Shown here: positions 50,897 through 60,000 of the stretch, piece by piece
Position numbering within the stretch: position 1 is the first letter of the stretch
How the letters are laid out: every line of letters starts with the position of its first letter
From: Callorhinchus milii
Taxonomy: Eukaryota
Reading direction: 5' to 3'
NCBI RefSeq assembly: GCF_018977255.1
Contig: NW_024704743.1
Coordinates: forward strand, 30,878,001-30,938,000
Length of the DNA: 60,000 bases
The notes under the pieces: model-generated
Seen by the model: only the letters and a program-made list of their open reading frames with translations
What the model was told of the DNA's origin: nothing
The model's database searches: none
Position numbers and translations under genes: made by a program

Positions 50897-51209
50897 TCCT
50901 TTCTCTTTTTGAATAGTGCAATGGGATTGTCCAACCTGAACAAAATGGAACTCAAAGCTGTTCATGCCTTGTACTGCTAAGTTTATAAAATAGTTTAAAA
51001 GTCAGATTAGCACGTCAAATTACAGCGTAAAGTTAGAGCAATAGATTGCAACATGGAGAGGTTGTATTTGAATACATCTCCTTTTCATTGACGTGTTTTA
51101 CTGGGTTTATTGGGTATTGCCAGACCGAGAGCAGGAGAAACATTGTCAGGGTGACATTTGCTGTTAGACTGAGTATCTTTTCTGTCAGTCATTAAAAACA
51201 AAGAAGAAA

Positions 51210-51690
51210 GAACTTTGTCTAAGCACCTTATATGTCAAAACATCTCAAAGCACTGCACAGCAATCATTGTCAAGTGTAATGGCTGCTTTTCGAGGCAAAT
51301 GTGGCAACAATTTTCTACACAGCAAAGTACCACAAACAGCTATGAGGTGAGTGACTGATTAATCCTGAGGACTGTTGGTCAGGGTCACTGAGACAAACTC
51401 TTTTCTTTTCGAATAGTACGACAGGATTTTTAACGACCGCCTGAATGTCAATATGTTTGTACAATATGCTCCAGTGCTGCAAGCAATGCCTAGTCTGTCA
51501 CAGAGATCAGCCCCAAACAGAGCACACCTGACAAAGCATGCTTCATGCACAACTTCAAGCCTGGTTCATTTGATAGAACTCTTGCACTGAATCAGAAGAT
51601 TGAGTGTTCAAGCCTCCCATCGAGACTTGAGTCTCTTAGTCTAGGCTAACACTCCAGTACAGTGCGGGGGAAAGCGCTGCAGACTAGGCA
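51210..51690. mobile_element. Family C SINE fragments (minus 51210-51450; plus head 51565-51690)
   Basis: 3' block on minus; CTGAATCAGAAGATTGAGTGTTCAAG...TCTAGGCTAACACTCCAGT on plus. Confidence 0.7.
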
Positions 51691-52222
51691 TTGCTTGCAG
51701 TATTGGAACTGCCTCCCCAGCTCCACCATACATAAAATACAATTAATTCAGAATTCCGCCGCCCGGATACTAACCTGCACAAAACTCCGGACCCCCATCA
51801 CACCAGTCCTTGCCAGGATGCACTGGCTCCTAATTTCCGAACGGATCGACTTCAGGATCCTTTCTCTCATTTTTAAATCCCTTCATGCCCTCTCATCTCC
51901 GTACTTCTTCGACTTGCTCACCCCCAATCCACCACCTGCTGCCTCCGCTCGGCTGGCTCCGGCCTACTGTTCGTCCCTCACCCCTTCTGCTCCACCATTG
52001 GCAACCGTGCTTTCAGTCACTACGCCCCAAAGATCTGGAACTCTCTCCCCCAATCCCTGCCCCTTACGCTCTCCCCACATTCAAATCCCACCTAAAAACC
52101 TTCCTTTTTGATCGTCTCACCCCTCCCTCTTCTCCTGGCTCAGGGTCAGACTCCACCAATGTTAGGCTCTCCAGGACTCTACACAGCGTGAAAGGTGCTA
52201 TATAAATGCAAGTTGTTGTTGT
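51690..52222 (+). mobile_element. L2 LINE 3' end (ORF2 C-terminus plus tail)
   Basis: LPSSTIHKIQLIQNSAARILT..ITPVLARMHWL..RIDFRIL..FKSHLKTFLF; tail GTGAAAGGTGCTATATAAATGCAAG(TTG)n. Confidence 0.95.
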
Positions 52223-53299
52223 TGCATTGTTGGGGATGCTATCCTTCAGCAGCATTGTCAGTGGTGCTATCCTCCAGTCCTGCATTGTAAGAAATGCCAA
52301 CAGTAAAATCATGTGAGGTACTTGAAAGAAGCCTCGGCAACATGATAACATGCAAAATGCAAAGATTATTATTAGGATGTTGGCCACCCTACCTCATCGC
52401 ATTGATGAATTGACGTGCAAATATGAGACACCTATTGTCTAATCCCACTCTTCCACACGCTCCCTATACCCTTTGATGTTTCTCTTCTTCCGAGGATTGA
52501 TCTAATTCCTTTCAAAATAATTTTAATTCACAACTCGCGTATGGAAGAGGTGGGAAGGGAAGAGAAAAGAACAGCTGATCGATCTCCGAAAAGGGAAATC
52601 TAGTTGTTTTTTAACGAGTTGTCTGCTGAAGCAAGCTTGCCTCTGGGGGCAAATTCCAAATTTAATTGCCGTGTGTTTCCATATTTGCAGATTGTTAGCG
52701 CTGCTTGTACCTGGGGACAGTAAAGGTACTGTCATCCATTCGACCGAGGAAGGGGAAAGCATCTCTTTTGACACAACAAGAGTTTTGCAGCTGTTAAAAG
52801 ATTTTGATCAGTGTGCTAAGGCACTTTGCTATGCATTTCAAACAGCGGCTATCATCACATCTTGAATGGCTTATGTTTCGCACTCATTGATTGTTCCATC
52901 AGTGACTTGTCCACTTGATCTTCCACACCATCTTCACCTGAGGCAGTCACAGGTTGTGCAAACCAAGTAACTACAGCATCAAGTCTTTCTTTGTCAGTGT
53001 TTTCTTCTCAGCAGTTCCATTGCTTTGCTTGGCAATGAGAGTAAGAGACCTTCAGCTGAGTCAGGTTATCAGTGACTCCTGCAGGCCTGATAACAATAAT
53101 GCCACATTTAGTGCCTTTCATGAAATGCTCCAATGTTTTACTCATTTTAAAAAAGAAAATATGCCGTAGAAGTGAATGAAAGTGTTTGGCTGTCATAAAC
53201 CATTAAATTAGGAAAACATTTTTTTAACCCTTCAACTAAATTTTTTTTTTTTTCAAAACTGATGACAGGAAAAATAATTAATAATAATGATGATAATTA

Positions 53300-53780
53300 T
53301 TAATAATAACTTGTATTCAATGATATACAATGTGGAAACACCAAACACACTTTACCAAGGAATTAGTGCAAATTGCAGTGACTTTATATTTGTCAGTGAA
53401 TGCAGCAGCCCATTTGTGTAAAGTAATGTACTACTTAATGGAGGTCAAGTGAAATACCAATTTTATCTGGGAGAATGTTTGTCAGGACAATGGGAGGAAA
53501 TGGGAACTATAAAGTTCATCTGTACAAGAAGTGAGACCTCACTTTAATGCAGATACAGCAATCGATTTGCAGACAGCAATGTCCCACAAACAGCCACACA
53601 GGGAAGCAAATGGCCAATTTAATTGTTGGTCAAAACACCAGGAGAACCTTCCGTTTCTGAACAGCGCATGGGATCTTTAATGTCCACCTGAACAAACAGA
53701 TGAGGTCTTGGTTTCAGTCTCATCTAAAGGACAGCACTTCTCACTCTGCAGTACTCCCCCAGCACTGTCAGCTTAGACTG
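53300..53780 (-). mobile_element. Two overlapping family C SINE fragments
   Basis: 3' block and Deu domain each occur twice. Confidence 0.75.
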
Positions 53781-54719
53781 AGAGTTGGTTTATTGATGGG
53801 CTTTTTAAACTTGTGATGGTGGATTGATCTGCAGGCCTCCAGCCCTCGTGCTCTTCCACTTCCTGAGAGTTCTAAAATGTGAAGGAAATGAGAAAAGCCC
53901 TAGAAATTCAGTGTACAGCAGTAAATTCAGTTTGGTGCCACATTTCCAGCTTCCAGAAATGCAATACATAGTGGTAAAGATGTGAAAAGTTACTGGCACA
54001 TGCTTTAAATAAGTTAGTATATGCAAGATTCCTTCACTTCAGTGATCTAAATTGTCTTGATGTTTTAAGACAAAAAAAACCACATTGTATAAACTTTTTT
54101 CCGTTCAGCCTTTTACTGAGATGTCTCAGAATGAGTTTTAACTTTTGGGTTTATATTGTGCCCAGAGGTTGTGGGAAACATTTTAAATAATGGAAATTAG
54201 TAAGTGCTCTTCACCATCTACAAAATTGTTTCCTTACATCTGCTTCTATGCACTATGGGGTGGGAGGGGGAGAAACAGAGATGAAATTTCAAGGGCATTG
54301 TGTTGTTCTCACATTGAACAAAACTGCCTTGATCTTTCACACATATTGGAAGGAAGAAGAGGGTTAGATCAAGGATCAACATTGTTCACCAGCAAAAGAA
54401 ACAAGCAAAAGGAGATCCTTTTAATCATTTTGGCCGAGATTTCCTCTGTGTAACTCGGCAGCTGAAGCCGGAGCTGTCAAGGCCAGGGAAATGTCAGGAG
54501 CCAGATGGATTGCAAACCAAGTTGAAAACAGTGAGCTGTGATTCTTATCCGGAGAAACAAGGCATCACATTTAGGGTTGCTGCCTGTCCAGTTTTGGAGT
54601 GCAAAGTCCAGTGTTTCTGTACACTATCCAAAAATTGTAATTCCGACAACAAAAGGCCAGAACTTAAAATAAGAATCTTTCTTCCTCGCTTGATCCAATC
54701 TCTTCTGGTTGGGGGGATG

Positions 54720-55080
54720 CAACAACAACAACAACAAGATTACATTTATATAGCACCTTTCACGTCGGGAGGACGTCCCAAGGCACTGGACAGTGTACAG
54801 CATTTCAGACCCGAACTGAGGTCAGTGGGGGAGAAGGGAGAGGAGGGGAAGGGGGGTGGCCGATGGCATGGTTGAAGAGGAGGGTTTTGAGGCGGGACTT
54901 GAAAGATGCTTAGGAGGGGGCGAGGCGGAGTGATTGGGGGATGGAATACCAGAGGTTGGGGGCAGAGTGGCTGAAGGCTGTCCTGCCAATGGTGGGGGGG
55001 GGTGGGTTGGGGGATGTGGAGCAGCCCTGAGTCGGCTGAGCGGAGGGAGCGGGCGGGTTGGCAGGTTATTAAGGGCCTCA
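54720..55080 (-). mobile_element. Young L2 3' end
   Basis: (CAA)n tail, CCTTTCACGTCGGGAGGACGTCCCAAGGC; minus translation PARSLRSADSGLLHIP. Confidence 0.92.
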
Positions 55081-55371
55081 TTGAATTTTTATCAGCAGCA
55101 AAAGACAGATCAGAACGCAAGCACTGATGCACCTTCCAGCATTGATCTATGGCTACAGTTACCAACAGAAAAGGATGTGAGACAAAGTCTGTTGTTTCTT
55201 TTCCGATGGAGTTTCCCAGCAGCATCAGCAGGCCAGTTCCACTAACACTGGTCCCAGTGTATTGGAACACCAGTGTCATAACATTGCACCAGCTCAAGGC
55301 AAAGGCTTAGCATTAAAACAAGTCTGAAGTTGTTAACAGTAAAATCAGCTGAGGCATTCTTGAGCTCTTCA

Positions 55372-55447
55372 CCAACAACAACAACAACAACAACAAGATT
55401 CCATTTATAGAGCGCCTTTCACGTCAGGAGGACGTCCCAAGGCGCTG
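55372..55447 (-). mobile_element. L2 tail-only insertion with (CAA)n
   Basis: Matches 54720-54790. Confidence 0.9.
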
Positions 55448-56141
55448 AAAGGGTTTTTGAACCAGCTTTATAGGGATAACATAGTTCAGACCCTATCACC
55501 AATGGCTCAGGAGAACATAATGCCCTCACAGAATCAAAGGAATTGGATCTGACCACTGTCCACTTCTGCTTGTATCCTTCTGCAATGGATGAGTCACTGC
55601 TGATATTTTATCATCAGCAAGGAGCTCAATACAATTTGTGAAGACATCCACCTTGTTGTGACAAGCAAAGTCAAATACATTTCCTTGACGGTCGTCTTGC
55701 ATACTTGTGACAATAAGATGACAATGTCAATTTACCACGAGCAAACATTTTCACTTTGAGGAAGCGATTAATACACTCCAGCAGATCACCCCACCTGACA
55801 CGCCCCAAGGCCAGCTCCTCATTGAGGTTGGCATGTTAAACTTCAGTGAAGGCTGAACAAATGTGGAGTGCCACTGCACAGACAGCAAATCTGTGCAATT
55901 CTGTCTCATGAGATTGACAGCATCACAAGATGATTATTGTCTCTGAAGCCAACTCACCCAGCCAGAAAGGAAATCGTTGTGATCGAGATGTTGCAGCAAC
56001 TTCTCACATTGCAGCTTCCATGAGGTTTGGCAATGATTGGCAGGAGAGATACCGATCTGTGGATATCAAGCTGTTTTTTGGGGAGGGTAGGTATGTTTCT
56101 TGCTACTCTCCATTTGGAGGGATAATAGACGGGTCTTTGAG

Positions 56142-56476
56142 ATAATAATAATAATAATAATAATAATCCTTGCATTTGATATAGCGCTTTTCACGTCGGG
56201 AGGATGTCCCAAAGCGCTTCACAGAACACCCTGTAAAGTGAATTGAATGTATATTTGTGGGCGAACGCGGCAGCCAATTGCGCACAGCAATGTCCCACAA
56301 ACAGTCGTAGATTGAAAATGACCAATTTATTATTGTTTTTGGGTTTTGGAGGGATTATTATTAGGCTCTGTGTGGAGTAAGGAAACTTGCCCAAGGTTTC
56401 ACCCTCTGCCTGGAATTGAACTCAGGTCTCTCACTTGCAAAGCGAGTGCTCTAACCACTGAGCTACAGGACTCCAG
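56142..56476 (-). mobile_element. SINE family A, short form, young subfamily
   Basis: Full length with a long (TAA)n tail. Confidence 0.95.
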
Positions 56477-56848
56477 ATGGGTCCTGAAGGAGGCTCAGGA
56501 GGGTGCGAGGTGGAGGGTCTGCGGGATGGAATTCCAGAGATTAGGGGCAGAGTGGCTGAAGGCCCACCCGCCAATGGTGGGGCGTGCAACGCGGGGGATG
56601 TGAAGCAGGCTGGAGCCCGTTGAGCGAAAAGAGTGGACAGTTTGGTAGGTGGTTAGGAGGTCACAGAAGTAGGGAGACGCAAGGCCCTGGAGGGCTTTAA
56701 GGGTTAGGACCAGGATCTTGCACTGTAACCTCTGAGTGACGGGGAGCCAGTGGAGCCAGACAAGGATGGGGGTGATAGAGTCGTGGAGCGGGAGAGGACA
56801 CGGGTTGCAGAGTTCTGGATGATCTGCAATCTGTGGAGGGAGGAGTTG
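56477..56848 (-). mobile_element. L2 ORF2 3' fragment
   Basis: ITPILVWLHWLPVTQRLQCKILVLTLKAL..AFSHSAPNLWNSIP. Confidence 0.93.
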
Positions 56849-58929
56849 GGCCATGATTGACAGGAGATACTGATCTATGGGTATGTGCCATCTGTACACC
56901 TTAGGGCAAGCCAGAAACTAAGACTCATTGAGATAGACGTAGATGTAAAGCTCTGAATCCAGGTCACCTGACTTAATCAGTTGCTCCGTAGTGGTGCTGG
57001 CAGTGACCTCTCAGAGGGAGAGAAGTTGACCCAGGAGAATTCATCCCTGGCTGCTCTTGTTCACTTCCTTGAGCCCCAGGGTTTCCAGACTTCGCCAAGT
57101 CCAAACAGTACGGGAGAAAGGGAGGGTAAAAGCATTGGCAGTATGGCCCTAACAAACCCACTCTTTCCACAGACCACACAAAGTCAATCCTCCTGTGAGC
57201 TCTACTTCACCCACTCTATATTCAGAGAAAATACCACACAAATACTCCCTGATTCCCAAATATAATCAATACTCATCCAACCATTAACATTCATCCATCA
57301 CACACATCTTCACTGTTCAACACTCCCTCCCACCTTCATCTGGGCCAGCTTCAATCCCCACAGCCTCCAGTAGTGTTCACAACAAGTATCCAATTTTCAG
57401 AAGGAATTACATCACTTCCTTCTATTTTGAATCTCTTCTACATATGCACTGCTCAGTATGGAAAAAATACTAATCTCTAATCTCGCATCTAACGGTGGCA
57501 ATTTCAAACCCATGTACTATATGTATGATCTCATGTAAGTCAACAATCCCATTGGTACGTCTGGCTATTCAATACAATTGTGTAATTGGTGTGGGGTTGC
57601 CAAGGAATGCTGATTTAAAATGTCAGTCAAAAATTAGGGGCATCTGAAGTTACCGCATTGTCAGTAAAACGTTTGAATGTGAAGTGGGCATGTGGAGCAT
57701 GTAATCTTTCATTATGAGTCTGTGATACAAACAAGGCAGGTTTGAGCTTCAACAGTCCCAGCACCTACAGTAAAACCCAATGAAATATGTTAGACAATAC
57801 CATTGGAGTAAATGAATGGTTATGGAGCGGCATTCAGATTTTCTTTATATCACTCACAAAGAGGCGGGAGGTGCTAAAGATATCAGTAAATTTCTCTCAA
57901 CTCTCTATGGATAGGAAGAGTGTGCCCAATATACAGGATACAACAACTTTTACTTGGCTCTCATCAGTGTCACAAACTCATTCATCTTCAATGTTAACAT
58001 TTATTTTGGGTCCACTCACAATCTTAATGCAAACCGAGTGGAAAAAGCATAATTAGTCAAAGGTTTGTGGAAAAAAATGTGTCGGCATTCTTCAGGGAAG
58101 AGGTGAACCCATCACTACTCTTAATATGTCGAACGCAACTCACAGCACAATACTAAAGAGAGGGGAAGGGGGATGGGGGAGCCACAGCCTTCATAACGTC
58201 TCAGAGAAAAGCTTTCACAATCACTCTGCTACCATACAATGATCTGGAGTCATTCAGGGCTGACATCCCTGGATGTTATTATTCTGATTGATGCAATAAG
58301 AATGTAATTCCCTTCAGCATTACAGATGGGTATTGAGAACTAGAGCAGATGTATTGTGGCTAATCAGACAGGGACCCAGCAGGATAACTAGAATCTGCAC
58401 TGAGATACAGACTGTATTCATATTCATTCAGACACTCAGACACTTTTAATTACACAGTGCTCCTTGCATCTTTGTTTTACCCGTGATCAAGTTTTCATTT
58501 CTTATATTTTGCCTTTGTTCACTTGTCTGCATTAATTTAGTTGTGGTGAGTGATGATACACCTTTTCATAAAATGACTACTATTATTAACCCTTCACTCC
58601 ATGGTTCTTTCAGCAAACAAGAAACAAGCTGTATTTCCAAGAGAAACACAAATTATATGCAGCAGCAAAGCATTATCCAGCATTGGGTCCCACAAGTGTT
58701 ATAACATGATTTTCATTAATTACAGTCTCCAATCTATACTGCGGCACCCAAATATTAAAGACTGCTGTGATTGTCATTCTTAAACAGTGTAATCTGTACC
58801 AATAAAATGGGAATATTACAATCAAGGTTGGTATTTGAGGAACGTCAGTATCAACCGCTCCACACTAACCAGTGTCACAAACCACTGGAGGCTACAGCCT
58901 CTGATCCAGAGGGTGAACGTACCACCTGG

Positions 58930-59050
58930 TGAAGCACTGAGCTACACAACCCAGAAGGTCAGAGGCTCAATTCTTGGTCTGGGCTGAGTTTGTTGATCTC
59001 AGCCAGGGCAGCAGTTTGGGCACAACTGCAATTCATCTTTCGTGTGCTAT
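58930..59050 (+). mobile_element. Family B repeat 5' part
   Basis: GGTCTGGGCTGAGTTTGTTGATCTCAGCCAGGGCAGCAG. Confidence 0.65.
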
Positions 59051-59701
59051 TATCAAAGCAATTCCAAATCTACTCAAGATCAGTAAATATCCATGTATTC
59101 CAGTGCATGTTATGATCTAATCTGAAATACGGGGGGAGGGGGGAGGTGGTGGAATGGAGCAGAGGAAAAGGGTAAGCAATTAAAGAGACACTCAACAATA
59201 GGTTTGATATACTGTATGTAGGGAGCACAGATTGGACCATCAAATGGCATAATGTAGAGAGCACAAGATGACAGCTCATGTGAATATATCATTCAAAATG
59301 AATGATGCATTCATAGATCATTTTGCTTATTTAAAAAAAGAAGAGATTTTATTCCTAATAAAACTAAACTCTCGAATTTTTGATCAAACCTCTCAATGCT
59401 GAAAACATGGACATATTATCTAGACAGAAAATTACTTTTGGATATCCAGGCATTTGTTTGCACAGATACTGGCTTAAGTTTTGCCCCCACCCCGGGTCGC
59501 CCCTCGAATAAAATATGCTTTAGTTTCAAGGCCACACAATTTGAAGTGATTATATTGGCTCCACGTGACAGCTTCTATTACTATCAAATGCACGGTTCGA
59601 GATTTAATTGTGTGAAATTGTAATTGCTTCTCTGGAATGTGGGTGTGTGGCATGGCGACAATGCATTATAGGTAAAGTCCGCAGTAATAATGGTAATAAT
59701 A

Positions 59702-60000
59702 ACCTTTCACAGCGCTTCCACTTCGTCGCGGCAAATGGCTTCTCCTCCAGCCCCCGCACTGTCTCGTGCGGTGTTCCTCAGGGCTCTGTCCTCAGTCCCC
59801 TCTTCTTCACCCTCTACATGCTCCCCCTTGGTGACGTCATCCGCAGACATGGGGTTAACTTCCACATGTATGCGGATGATACCCAACTCTACCTCTCTGC
59901 CTCCACCCTGAACTCCAGGACTTCTGGCGTCCTGACCGACTGCCTGTCTGACATCAACTCCTGGACGAGGGCCAACTTTCTCCAACTCAACATCAGAAGA
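59702..60000 (+). mobile_element. L2 LINE reverse transcriptase, 5'-truncated, open frame continuing past the window end
   Basis: Frame from 59704: [65 protein letters not shown]...[18 protein letters not shown], with an intact YADD and no stops. Confidence 0.97.

Noticed and set aside
54746..55297. 183-aa minus ORF and G-rich, G4-like tract
   Set aside because: Explained by the L2 3' end read through flanking DNA.

Overview
Repeat-dense, AT-rich vertebrate non-coding DNA. It is most likely a cartilaginous fish (holocephalan/elephant-shark-like), inferred from the SINE and LINE types. I recognise no host protein-coding gene, RNA gene or CRISPR array, so the window looks like a large intron or intergenic stretch. 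Content: about 15 copies of a young tRNA-Ala-headed SINE with an L2 tail (family A); about 12 older Deu/SacSINE1-like SINEs (family C); two further dispersed families (B, D); many L2 and CR1 LINE fragments, including a 1.4-kb decayed CR1 RT and an open L2 RT running off the right edge; a Buster/Charlie-type hAT transposase fragment and hAT ends; a composite non-autonomous Helitron; and a 136-bp Penelope-type insertion with a minimal hammerhead ribozyme core. The main unexplained structures are a 70-85 bp inverted repeat pair about 1 kb apart (15680/16784), an 86-nt hairpin (29601-29686) and a few candidate minus-strand exons. I see no clear new multi-gene system. All calls were made by eye, and repeat boundaries are approximate (about 10-30 bp).
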